A stretch of DNA of 64,000 nucleotides from the human T2T-CHM13v2.0 reference genome, Homo sapiens (GCF_009914755.1 NC_060939.1), one strand, 5' to 3'. Positions 39,054-62,497 are shown, counted from the stretch's first letter. The notes: a model not told the origin generated them from the letters alone. Numbers and translations: made by a program.

Positions 39054-39280
39054 CTATATGTGAGACAGAGCCTGAACAGCCTGTTCGACATTACCCATTA
39101 TGGGTAAAAGTAGAAGGTGAAGTAGATCCAGAACCAGTTTATATCCCCACGCCTTCTGTCATTGAGCCTATGAAACCATTGTTATTGCCTCAGCCAGAAG
39201 TTTTATCTCCTACTGTGAAGGGCAAACTGCTCACTGGAATTAAATCTCCACGGTCATATACTCCCAAACCCAATCCTGTG
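39054..39280 (+). CDS. MGA: MGA coding exon 10 (227 nt)
   Basis: cttttttgttaag|CTATAT (AAG acceptor), GTG|gtaagt. Encodes ICETEPEQPVRHYPLWVKVEGE...PKPNPV. Confidence 0.94.
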
Positions 39281-39834
39281 GTAAGTCTGGAATTTAATCT
39301 TTTATTACAAGTTACCAAAGTCATGTGTAAAGATGGTGTGTTTCAAGCAGATTTTTGGTTGATATTTTGTGAATCATTTTGCTTTCAGTAATATGTTTAT
39401 AAGATATCTTCCTTTCTGGTTTAATCAGTTTAGTGCTGGCACTTTAAAAATGTCTTAAAAGTAGAAATGAGTAGTAGTAATTTTAAAAAATAACCATCTT
39501 CAAGAAGATCATAGAAACATAGGCTTTTTTACATGGCTTGGAAAAAGTTTTTTAAAGATACTACTCCTGTATTGTAGAATATTAGTAATCAATATAAGCA
39601 GTATATATTATTAGTAGAAAAACATTAGGAAAAAGCTTTTAAAAGCTTTTAAAAGCAAATTTAAAAATGCATAATAATATCAGTAAAGTTTAAGATTTAA
39701 AGTAACAGTTGATATAATATGACTGAAGACTGGTAGGTAAAAGTAGGAAGTTATTCATTGTGTTAATGGCTTAAGCAAGTCTTATTATCAAATCCATGTG
39801 TCCTCCTAGTCCATTAGATTGAAGAAAAATCCTA

Positions 39835-40628
<794 letters not shown>

Positions 40629-41037
40629 GATAGAAAATAAGAGTAAATATTTAGAAATTTCTACAGCAAGTTGATTAGCTGAATCTAATATTTAAAAACC
40701 TTGCATTTTATATGTTTTTAGTTTTTCTAGTAATTTATTGTATTTACTAAAGTATCAGTCTATGATGGACTGGTAATTAACAATGTATCCTTCACCATAG
40801 ATAATTTGAAATGCACTGCTCTGGTATGATCTGAAATTTCCTGATAGAGAACTGGATCCTTTCTGACTGCCCTAAGGTTCGGCACATATGAACTGTACTT
40901 GTGCTGTTTGATTTGAAAGTTTGCATTAAAAAATTTCGACTGTTGTAATACAAAAAAAGATTAAACATTCGTTTTGTTTTGGAGTCTAGCGGAGTTTTTC
41001 CCACTGTATGGAATATTTTGTTGTATGAAATTTACAG

Positions 41038-41223
41038 ATTCGGGAAGAGGACAAAGATCCAGTCTACTTGTACTTTGAAAGTATGATGACTTGTGCTCGA
41101 GTTCGAGTATATGAGCGAAAAAAAGAGGACCAGAGACAACCATCTTCCTCCTCCTCCCCATCTCCATCATTTCAGCAGCAAACTTCATGTCATTCTAGCC
41201 CTGAGAACCATAATAATGCAAAG
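41038..41223 (+). CDS. MGA: MGA coding exon 11 (186 nt)
   Basis: tttacag|ATTCGG, AAG|gtgagt. Encodes IREEDKDPVYLYFESMMTCARVRVYE...NNAK. Confidence 0.95.
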
Positions 41224-41412
41224 GTGAGTTTCTTGTTGCATAAGTTCTTTTTAACTTCTGATTACCTGTTTTTGGTATTAAGATTTGTATTACTATCAGA
41301 ATAATAATTATCCTACAGGGCAGAGAAGTCATACATGACATGTATAACAGTTTATTTCTCTGTGTACCTATTGTATGATACGTCCCTTATGGTTATTACA
41401 AGTATTCTTTCT

Positions 41413-42345
<933 letters not shown>

Positions 42346-44024
42346 TTATCAAGAAAGTTAACTCAATAATAGGGAATAGTTTTCAAATATGCACCCTGTA
42401 CCAACAAAATCCTGTATAATTTACACAGTCGTTCAAGCAAACACAAGAAAACTGGTTCAATTTCTATGAATTATCAAGAGGAAAGGAAAAATGCCCTTCT
42501 ATCTCAAATCAGGTTTGAATGACAGCTTTTTTCAGTATAATAAAGACATATGTGCACACAATAAAGACAAAATATGTCTTCCCATTCTAAAACACTTCCT
42601 CTTTTAGTCCGTTATATGCTTTGCATAATCTTGTGTGGTAAGTCTTTGCTGCAACTGATAATATTCAAAGTAAATCCCTCCTGGTTTAGTGTTCTAAGAA
42701 GCCAATAGTTGCAGCAATTCGAGCATTAAGTGTACTTCCAGAATCTGTAATATTCCAATGCTGTTACCAGGCAAGTAAACGCTGAGGCTGTGAAAAGAAG
42801 AAACTATGTTATAAGTCATGTATTTGTGATTATTTTGCAGAGATAAAGAGAATGATGTTATCTTTAAGTGAAGAGCAAAAAACAAAGGACATCCAACCAA
42901 TTTTCTATCCTGCATTTTTCATTCCTTGGAAAATTAAGGATGAAAAACATTCTTAAGGGCAGCATTAATGCCAATTCTTCTTAAAAGCTCCTGTATTTTA
43001 AAACAGAATAAGGATGACAGTAATTTAAAAATGTAAATTATATATCATTTAGAACCTATAAACAGTATTTAAAATCATTAACATTAGCATTATTAATGAC
43101 CACTTTAATTATAAGTTGTAATTTCAGATCTCATGATAAATAAAAACTTTGTTACCTATATTAAAAAATTATATAGTTAAGCTAGTAGCATTTATGCATG
43201 TATCTATGCATTTATCTATGTATCTATGCAGAGAAAATTTTAATTGCCTTTTTAGTATATTTTAAAATAATTTCTCTCATAATTATTTTAAACATTTTCA
43301 TAAAAACTCTTTAAAATAAACTCAGTGAGGTAGAAGGAAAGACAGAAAAAGCATCAAGTTTTTAAAGTAGTTAATATACTACTTTTACTTTGTTACATCA
43401 TTTTGGATAAAAAAAACTTCTGTTTTCCCAGCTTTCAGGAGGTAGGTCTGGCTTTTAGGGACTTTTAGGGACTCCCTAGTCTTCAGTTTGTTTAAAATAC
43501 CCATGAATGAATTTTTAAGAAGGACAAACTTTTATGAATAAAGACACAAGAAATTAGTTTTTCAAAGTAAAGTTATTCATAGCATATAATCCTAATTATA
43601 CACTATGCCATTTGATTCCAGTACTTACTGAAACTTGGTTAATAAGATCATTTTCTCAATTTTAAGAAATGGGATTAGGCATCTCTTAAACATGTGGGGA
43701 AGCAGGATATTTGAGAAGTAAAAACACGAATAAGGGTTTCTTGTCTTACTGCCACTGGGCAATTATACATTCTCCCATTTGATCCTGCTACTGTTTACCA
43801 TGTGTCAGGTAGTGTGCCAGTGTGCTGTGCAATTACATGTACTACCTTATTTAACCATATGAGGTTGGTGGTATTATCCCCATTGCACACATGAGGCAAT
43901 AAGTCCTAAGCTATATTGCTAGCAAGCAGTGAAGCCAGGATTTAAGACTAAGTATACTTGACCCCAAAGGTGTCTTTATTTATTTATTTTAAAGAAAAAG
44001 CCCCTAAAATCCATTTTGTTATCC

Positions 44025-46085
<2,061 letters not shown>

Positions 46086-46399
46086 TCAACTGGTGAATTT
46101 TCTGAATAACTGTAGTTTGTTTCATTTAACAGTAAATATGTTTCCCTCTTTAAAGTACAATGTGAATTTTTTTCTTGATGACTCAGTCACTATCAAGGAC
46201 ATTAGGTAGCAAAACTATGTGTTTTTACCCAGGGTTTTATATGATAGTAACGTAGATGTGCATGTGGATTGAAGCTGTTGACATTTCAGTCATTCTAATG
46301 ATTTAAACTTCTGTGAGAGATTTAATGCTTGTGTCCAAGTTTCTGTGGGTATTGAATATATGTTAAGTTAAAGTATTTCTGTGTTACTGTCTCCTTCAG

Positions 46400-46472
46400 G
46401 AACCTGATTCTGAACAGCAGCCCTTAAAACAACTCACCTGTGATTTGGAGGATGATTCTGATAAATTACAAG
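46400..46472 (+). CDS. MGA: MGA coding exon 12 (73 nt)
   Basis: ctccttcag|GAACCT, AAG|gtcaga. Encodes EPDSEQQPLKQLTCDLEDDSDKLQ; phase 0 to 1 bridges exons 11 and 13. Confidence 0.92.
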
Positions 46473-47333
46473 GTCAGAATGAAAACTAGATCTTAACATT
46501 TGATAAAAATTATTTAGGTCTAGATTATAGTAATAATGGGAGAAAACCCAAACCATCAATTCAGAATATGTCTGCCTACCCTGTTTCAAACTTATGCCAA
46601 AAACAGGGACAATAAGTAAAAGTTTTTTTTCCCCATTATTTGGTCTGTTAACACTCCTGCTCTCAAAAATAAAAGAAAATTCATTCATGTTGATAAAGCA
46701 TGTTGTTGCAAGAGACATTTAGGTTGAGGTCAGTGAGTTTTTTTTTTTTTAACCTCTTTCCAAACCCCAGTAATATTGGCATCATTAGCCTTTGGTCCTC
46801 CATCACTGCCACCTCTGGGGAAATCTAGAAGGAGAAAGGAAGGAATATTACTGTGATTTAGCTGGCAGAGGCTACTGTCAGAATTACTTTGATGACAGGT
46901 AGTGGTCAGGTGGTTACCAATTTGTTTTTGGTTATGCTTCCCGAGACTTCTGACACTTAAGCAGCAGGGCTTCCTAACTTCTTAAAAAACGTCATGGTAC
47001 ATACAAATAATTAACAATGTTTCTATAGCACATTGCGGTAAGTGGAGGAGGCTACTAGGGTGGAGGGAACCTGCCTGAGAGCGTGAGCACCCTGAGGATT
47101 ATGGGGGCCCTTGACATACCAGTACACTCATTGGGAAGCTGTGCTAAAGAAATCCAGGAGTCTAGTGAAATACATGTCTAGTCAACATGTTGCCATGGAA
47201 AGAATACTTTGGGTAGTTGAGTGATCTGCAAACAGTGTAGAAATGGAGCAATCATATCTAGAAGCACAGAAGTAATTCAGAGGTATTTGCAGTAGAAATT
47301 AGAGTTAGAGTGCACTTAAAATCAGAATACTAC

Positions 47334-47625
<292 letters not shown>

Positions 47626-48058
47626 TCAGAATACTATTTTTCTTGCTGTTCTTTTGGATTGACTCTAATCTGTACATGTTTCAAAGCATCTAGCAAGTAG
47701 TTTCACTTTGCCTGTATGTATAGCAAAATAGTAACCTATACCAGTGAAGCTTAACCTTGGTTGTAGGTCATGGTTTGTTTGCAAGCTAACTCTAATGTAA
47801 TAATTGTGGCATTTAGAGTAGTGTTAAGGGAACTACCTGTTAGAGCCCAGTCAGCAGGATAATGAGGACTATTGTAGTCTTATTCTCTGGAACTTTTTCT
47901 TCCTGGAAAACTCCCAAATTGTGAAAGTTGATACATTTTAAGTTACTACTGTGAAAGAACGTGAGAATGTGACAGTTTTTTTTCAGAGTTTCATACAAAA
48001 TGCTGTGATGCAGAAATAATCTTTCAACTTTTTCTTTTTTATTATTATTTTACATCAG

Positions 48059-48576
48059 AAAAGAGCTGGAAGTCTTCCTGCAATGAAGGAGAATCCTCTT
48101 CTACTTCTTATATGCATCAGAGGTCACCTGGTGGTCCCACCAAACTGATTGAGATCATCTCAGACTGCAACTGGGAGGAAGATCGGAACAAGATTTTGAG
48201 CATCTTATCCCAGCACATCAATAGCAACATGCCACAATCACTTAAGGTGGGCAGCTTCATCATTGAGTTGGCTTCTCAGCGAAAGAGCCGGGGTGAGAAG
48301 AACCCTCCTGTTTATTCTTCTCGTGTGAAAATCTCTATGCCATCATGTCAAGACCAAGATGATATGGCTGAGAAATCTGGATCAGAGACTCCTGATGGTC
48401 CATTGTCCCCTGGGAAAATGGAGGATATCTCTCCTGTGCAGACAGATGCCCTGGATTCAGTGAGGGAGAGATTACATGGAGGCAAAGGTCTGCCTTTTTA
48501 TGCAGGGCTTTCTCCTGCAGGGAAGCTTGTGGCCTATAAACGTAAACCCAGTTCAAGTACATCTGGGCTTATCCAG
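48059..48576 (+). CDS. MGA: MGA coding exon 13 (518 nt)
   Basis: tacatcag|AAAAG, CAG|gtgaga. Overlaps ORF 48112..48627 and ends SSTSGLIQ. Confidence 0.96.
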
Positions 48577-49049
48577 GTGAGAATTATCTTTAATCTGGGT
48601 ATAGCACCTTTGTATACACCTAGGTAGTATCATGATTTTTCAGAGCCCTTTATGGTCCTGATATCCTTTATCTTGACATTTCCTGGGAACTGGGTGACAA
48701 AATTATTATCTCTTTTTGTAATAGGCCTAGTTTAGATGCATACCTAGAGTGAATTTTTGTCACATTTATGAACAGAAACGTAGAGCCTTGTATTAGTTTT
48801 AATTTTCTTTCTAATCTTCCCAGAAAGTTGCTCTTCATAAACTTTATTGCCTGCAGGCTCTAGTGATACTTTGACAATAAAGCAAGGGTAATCAGGGATT
48901 CAGTCTAGCTCTTGGAATTTATTATTAGCAGATAGGTTTCAAAACAAAACCATGGTTAGAACGGTAGGTGTAAGGGGAAGATGAAATTGACTTAAAGATA
49001 GGCAATATATGTTTAGAAACTTGGGGAAAATTTTAAAAATTTTTATTTA

Positions 49050-50310
<1,261 letters not shown>

Positions 50311-51783
50311 TTAAAAAACTTATTATTGCAGTTTACTGTTGTGCATGCTATGTAAATGCTTCTGTTGATATTTCTTATACTCTTGATGAGGAGAACAGTA
50401 TTTTCTCTACCTTATATATTGATTGACACTTTGAAAACAGAGGTTTGCCTGATACAATTTCTGGTGAGACTAGACTCCCTAAAATACAAGCATGGAAATT
50501 TTTTGTTGTCTTCTGCCCAGGACTCACAAAGCCACCATAGAATGTGTCTGCATAAGCAGTCAGGCAACTGTAAACTTTGTAAACTTTGGGGAAGCTGCAG
50601 AGTAGGCTTCAGCGCAGTCCCAAGGGATCCGGGAGGGGGTATCTGACCTATTTCTGTATAGCCTGAAAAGTTACAGTAAAGTCTACTTTCAGGGGGAATG
50701 ATCACATTCTTTGTACCAAACTCAAGGCAGAGATATTCTTGATCTCTGTGGGAATAATCACAATTTAACCAAAGTAGCAAAGAGTAATTTTGTTTTGTGT
50801 CTCTGAAGATGGAGTTGCTTGCTGTAGCTGGTCTCCTCACCAGTTCCCTGTTAGAGAGTAGATTCTACCTCACTCCATCTCCCCCAACCCCCGATTTTGA
50901 AATGGTGAAAAGGAAATATAGAAAAGGTTATCTTCTCTAGAGTTGCCTGGCAATATGACCTAGAGAACATGGGTAGAGACTTGGGAAGTTTTTGTTTTCT
51001 TTCTTTAAAAAAAAAAGAAAAGAAATCAACCCCCACAAAAAACAACTGTGCTGGTACCCATGATGGGCAGTCTGATAAACTCAGGCAGCAGAGGGGATCT
51101 TTACTTCATTTGTTGGTTCACTTTCTTCTGACTATTTAGTTAATTATGTCTAGAATAAGAATGAGTTCGTACCAACATTCAGTTTGAACCCATGTTTTAT
51201 CCAAGAGATGAAAATAGTATTTTCAAAGCTAAGCTTTTTGAAAATGAAAAACTGTGAGGTAATTGTGGCTTAGGTTATTGCAACAATGATTGTCTTATAA
51301 CTTAAAGTAGATTTCACTTATATTTTTCAAATATGAAGGATGCTTGAAAGGACCCTTGTGTGAGAGCTTCATTATGTCTCTCTGGTCTTATCAGAGAGAT
51401 TCTGTGGGACACTCATTTTTGCTGATGAGGTTAATAGCTTAACCAGAATGCCTTATTTACAAGGAAAACAATTGGATAATTCTAGTTGTTTAGATTTGAT
51501 GATAACTTTCACATAACTAGGATGCAGAAATGATGAGTTTCCGATTCTCTATTTTCAAACTACAATATGAAGGAGATGAGATTAGTTCAGAATATCAGTT
51601 GACAGCATTTTTCTACCTTCTGATTACTCAGATTATTCTAAATGGAAAAAGTCTACTTCTTTTTCCCTTTTAAATCTGAAAAATAGACTTATGAAAACTT
51701 GTAAAAATGAAGCCCCTGTCAAGGGAGAGGAGTTAGCAAGAGAATTTTATCTTTACAGAATTTCTCTTTGCCACTTGTTTCAG

Positions 51784-52081
51784 GTTAATGGTAAGAGTTA
51801 CCCGCAGGCTAAGTTGCTATTGGGACAGATGGGGGCATTGCATCCAGCCAATAGGCTAGCTGCTTATATCACAGGCAGGTTGCGACCCTCAGTCCTGGAC
51901 CTCTCAACCCTCAGTACTGTCATCTCCAAGGTAGCATCCAATGCCAAGGTGGCTGCATCCAGGAAACCACGTACCCTGTTGCCTTCAACATCCAATTCCA
52001 AAATGGCATCCTCCTCTGGCACTGCAACAAATCGCCCTGGGAAGAATCTGAAGGCGTTTGTCGCAGCAAAACGGCCAATTG
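51784..52081 (+). CDS. MGA: MGA coding exon 14: long form 51784-52081 (298 nt), short form 51931-52081 (151 nt)
   Basis: Upstream acceptor ttgtttcag|GTTAAT and internal acceptor ctccaag|GTAGCA are 147 nt apart and in frame. Donor TTG|gtaagt. Lies within ORF 51691..52167. Confidence 0.92.
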
Positions 52082-52944
52082 GTAAGTTGGGGTGTATGTA
52101 TGGTTTGGAAAGGCCTATGACTTGGTGGTGGGACAGTGGGTACAGGTATGGAGGTTGTAAAAATTAGAGAAATATGTACTTTGGCATTATTCTTATTCTT
52201 GTTGTCTGTCTTGCCTGGACTTTTTTGATTGTTTGGGGTTAACGTCTGATAACCTGCAATATTAGATGAATTGAGTTGTTTTATAGTTAATTTCTTGGTT
52301 TTATATATATTTTTTATTTTTTAATAACACTGACCTGAAGGCAAGTTTTATAGTTATTTTTAAGGTTTTCAGACTGGTTGTTATTAATGTAGAAAAGACT
52401 TAAGGATTTTAATTTTGTTTCTAAAAAGGGAAGACATTTAAAAATAGTTTACTATTATACTAAATTATTTACTAAAATATTTTACTAAATTAAAAATAGT
52501 TTACTATTTTCCTGTGAGGACTGGTGTTTCTGGCCTCTTGTTGAACTCTTGCTGGTGCTATGTAAATGCTTCTGTTGATACTTCTTAAACTTATGAAACC
52601 AAGGAGCTAGCAAAAGCTAGTGGTGTAAGTAGTATAGGCTTAAAGTGGAAAGCTCCTATAAATACAATTTTGAAAGTGTTGATTTATTCCATTCATCTCT
52701 GTTCTATGAATGAAAATCTCTCTTTTCCTTAACATTTAAATGCTGAAGTCTGTAATAAATTACCTTCTTGAAACATTTGTGTTTTAGCATTGAGAGTATC
52801 TATAGTTGGTTTATTGAATTCCTCTTTTTGTTGTTTCAAATCTGTTAGGAATGTTAGGTAAGAGTGTCAGTTGAAATCTCTGGCTGAATGGTTAGAGTTG
52901 TGTGAAGATAGAAGATATTTATTGTTTGCCTTAAAACCTATTTT

Positions 52945-54285
<1,341 letters not shown>

Positions 54286-54424
54286 AATTGGCACAAATAA
54301 TACAGGTAGGTAGTACCTGTAAGAAATTGACCCAGTAGTGCACAGTAAATGTCGGTAAGCACAGTCACTAAGAGGATAAAATATGAGAACTGAAGATTTT
54401 TGACCTGCAAATTTCTGTTTGCAG

Positions 54425-55051
54425 CGGCTCGACCCTCTCCTGGTGGTGTGTTCACACAGTTTGTGATGAGTAAAGTTGGAGCCTTGCAGCAGAAGATACC
54501 TGGAGTTAGCACACCCCAAACCCTGGCAGGGACACAGAAGTTCAGTATCAGACCTTCTCCAGTAATGGTCGTCACACCTGTGGTTTCTTCTGAGCCAGTT
54601 CAGGTGTGCAGCCCTGTGACTGCTGCTGTCACTACTACCACCCCTCAAGTGTTTTTAGAAAATACTACTGCTGTGACACCTATGACTGCTATTTCTGACG
54701 TGGAAACTAAAGAAACTACTTATTCTTCTGGTGCCACCACTACAGGGGTTGTTGAGGTCTCTGAAACTAATACCAGCACCTCTGTAACATCTACCCAGTC
54801 TACAGCCACTGTGAACCTTACCAAAACCACTGGGATAACTACCCCTGTGGCTTCAGTTGCTTTTCCTAAGTCTTTGGTAGCATCTCCTTCAACCATAACT
54901 CTTCCTGTTGCTTCCACTGCTTCCACCTCCTTAGTCGTGGTGACTGCAGCTGCATCTTCCTCCATGGTGACCACACCAACTTCATCTCTGGGCTCTGTTC
55001 CTATTATACTCTCAGGAATTAATGGGAGTCCACCAGTGAGCCAGAGACCAG
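54425..55051 (+). CDS. MGA: MGA coding exon 15 (627 nt, Ser/Thr/Val-rich, symmetric phase 1-1 cassette)
   Basis: tttgcag|CGGCT, CAG|gtaagg. Overlaps ORF 54400..55062. Confidence 0.95.
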
Positions 55052-56029
55052 GTAAGGCCTAGATGTTACTAGCTGCTTTATTTTACTGTACACCTATTTA
55101 TATAACTTTGTGGTTGTGTTAGGATTATAGATATATCAGGATAACAGTATAGGTATTTCTGTTGTAACATGATACATGTATTCCTGAAAACCTCTGCATG
55201 CTGCAAAACTGAACACTAAAATTAATAGAGCTCATGGTTAATACGGGATTGCGATAAATCACTGAAAATATATGCAGTTTTATAAGCAGAACATTAATAA
55301 CAATAACTGATAACCTTGAGAGATAACTTGAACAATCTTGACTGATAGTTTAGTGGAGCTGGAGATTGCGACTCAAAATACTAAAAAACATTAAAATGGA
55401 AGTGGTGGCTGAAGGATACTGAAGTAATGCAGGTAAGACTGGAGCTCTGAGCCACTAACATGGGCATGGGAGGAAACATGACCTGTGTGCTGAGAGCTAG
55501 GGGTGCACATCTTTGAGGAGGGAGCCTCAAATGCAGATGTTCCTTTTGTGGGGTGTGGGGGGTGCTGCTTTTTAATTAGAGACAGATGAGCAGACTTCAT
55601 CTCCTTTTGTGTAGTAAAAACCACTAATGAATCAGCACCTATTTAATTGCTGGACATGAACTGATTGAAATAGAAACAAGGAGGCATATTTGTTTAGGGC
55701 TCTAATATTTTTATAAACTTTTTAGTTAAAATATTTCTTTTATTGGCTTAGGTTGAGTGAATTTGAAATAGGAATATCCTACACTTTGTGTAGTTTTTAT
55801 ATCCAGATGCAACTAGCTAAAGTAAGTGGTTCTTTTAATCTACTCATAGAGGAACTAATATGGAAAAGAGCAAGAGACTTTGCAGGATTTGAGGGGAAAT
55901 AATTAACTAATAGCAATTCTGTCTTGGTTATTGATGTTTTCTCTTAAATATTTTTGCATTTAGTGATGTGGTCCAAATTCCTCTCTGTCTTTTATGGAAG
56001 AACAGATTGGGAGTTAGTTTGTAAGTTAA

Positions 56030-60443
<4,414 letters not shown>

Positions 60444-60518
60444 TATTATGAATACTTTTTTTTCCTACGTGTGTTAAAGGGGAATTTGGGTACCATGTTT
60501 CCATTTCCTGTTTTTCAG

Positions 60519-60809
60519 AAAATGCTGCTCAAATTCCAGTGGCTACTCCACAGGTCTCTCCTAACACAGTGAAACGTGCTGGACCTCGATTGTTGTTGAT
60601 TCCAGTGCAGCAGGGTTCTCCTACTCTTAGACCTGTCTCAAACACACAACTTCAGGGACATCGGATGGTCTTGCAGCCTGTTAGGAGTCCAAGTGGAATG
60701 AACTTATTCAGGCACCCTAATGGGCAGATTGTCCAGCTTCTACCTTTGCATCAGCTTCGAGGCTCTAATACCCAGCCCAACTTACAGCCTGTCATGTTTC
60801 GGAACCCAG
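60519..60809 (+). CDS. MGA: MGA coding exon 16 (291 nt)
   Basis: tttttcag|AAAAT, CAG|gtataa. Overlaps ORF 60539..60871. Confidence 0.95.
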
Positions 60810-60992
60810 GTATAAAGTTCTTTTTTATGAACTTTTCTTTTGTTGAATCACTTGGCCATATGGTATGTTAATACACCAAGATTGTTTTTCTTCATCTCTT
60901 AAGAGTTACTTTTCCAAAAAGAAAAGCAAACATTGGAAGTCTTGATATGGGCAGTCATGATTTAAAAATTTCTCTCTTATTTTTTAAACCAG

Positions 60993-62497
60993 GGTCTGTG
61001 ATGGGAATCCGGTTACCTGCTCCTTCCAAACCCTCTGAGACTCCGCCATCTTCCACTTCGTCCTCTGCTTTCTCTGTCATGAATCCTGTAATTCAAGCTG
61101 TTGGGTCTTCTTCAGCAGTGAATGTTATCACTCAGGCACCATCATTGCTTTCCTCTGGAGCTAGTTTTGTGTCTCAGGCTGGTACATTGACCCTGAGGAT
61201 TTCTCCTCCTGAACCACAAAGCTTTGCAAGTAAAACAGGCTCTGAAACCAAAATAACTTATAGCTCAGGAGGACAGCCTGTTGGTACAGCCAGTCTTATT
61301 CCTCTCCAGTCTGGTAGTTTTGCCTTGTTACAGCTCCCAGGACAAAAGCCTGTTCCTAGCTCCATTCTTCAGCATGTTGCTTCCCTTCAGATGAAAAGAG
61401 AATCTCAGAATCCAGACCAGAAAGATGAAACAAACTCAATAAAAAGAGAGCAAGAAACGAAGAAGGTTCTACAGTCAGAAGGAGAGGCTGTAGACCCTGA
61501 GGCTAATGTAATAAAACAAAACTCAGGAGCTGCTACCTCAGAAGAAACTCTGAATGATTCCTTGGAAGATAGGGGTGATCATTTGGATGAAGAATGCCTT
61601 CCAGAAGAAGGTTGTGCAACTGTCAAACCATCTGAGCATTCCTGTATCACTGGGTCACATACAGATCAAGATTATAAAGATGTTAATGAAGAATATGGGG
61701 CTAGGAATCGTAAGAGTTCCAAAGAAAAAGTGGCTGTTCTGGAAGTTAGGACCATTTCTGAAAAAGCCAGTAATAAGACAGTCCAAAATTTAAGTAAAGT
61801 ACAGCATCAAAAACTTGGTGATGTGAAGGTGGAACAGCAGAAAGGATTTGACAATCCAGAAGAAAACTCAAGTGAATTTCCAGTCACCTTTAAGGAAGAA
61901 AGTAAATTTGAATTGTCAGGAAGCAAAGTTATGGAGCAGCAATCTAATCTACAGCCAGAGGCCAAAGAGAAGGAATGTGGAGACTCTCTGGAGAAAGACA
62001 GGGAAAGATGGAGAAAACATCTGAAGGGCCCCTTAACCAGGAAATGTGTTGGAGCTTCACAGGAATGTAAGAAAGAGGCAGACGAGCAGTTAATTAAAGA
62101 AACAAAGACATGTCAGGAAAATTCAGATGTGTTTCAGCAAGAACAAGGCATCTCTGACTTACTTGGAAAAAGTGGAATTACTGAAGATGCCAGAGTTTTG
62201 AAAACTGAATGTGATTCTTGGAGTAGGATTTCTAATCCTTCAGCCTTCTCCATTGTTCCTAGGAGAGCTGCAAAAAGCAGCAGAGGGAATGGACATTTTC
62301 AGGGTCACTTACTGCTACCTGGAGAACAGATACAACCAAAGCAAGAGAAGAAGGGTGGGAGAAGCAGTGCTGACTTCACTGTTTTGGATTTGGAAGAAGA
62401 TGATGAAGATGATAATGAGAAAACTGATGATTCTATTGATGAAATTGTGGATGTTGTTTCTGACTACCAGAGTGAGGAGGTTGATGATGTAGAAAAG
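60993..62497 (+). CDS. MGA: MGA coding exon 17 (1505 nt)
   Basis: tttaaaccag|GGTCT, AAG|gtggtg (tandem donor at 62500). Overlaps ORF 60947..62521 and ends SEEVDDVEK. Confidence 0.95.

Noticed and set aside
42694-42915. Minus-strand ORF with a strong antisense acceptor (TTCTTTTCACAG at about 42788)
   Set aside because: All frames stop within about 30 codons, there is no recognisable product, and I found no partner exon or poly(A) signal. An antisense lncRNA exon cannot be excluded.
50412-50840. 142-aa minus-strand ORF
   Set aside because: No recognisable homology or splice context; length is compatible with chance.
55130-55330. Possible Tigger-like DNA transposon relic
   Set aside because: Resemblance too weak to assign without a Dfam search.
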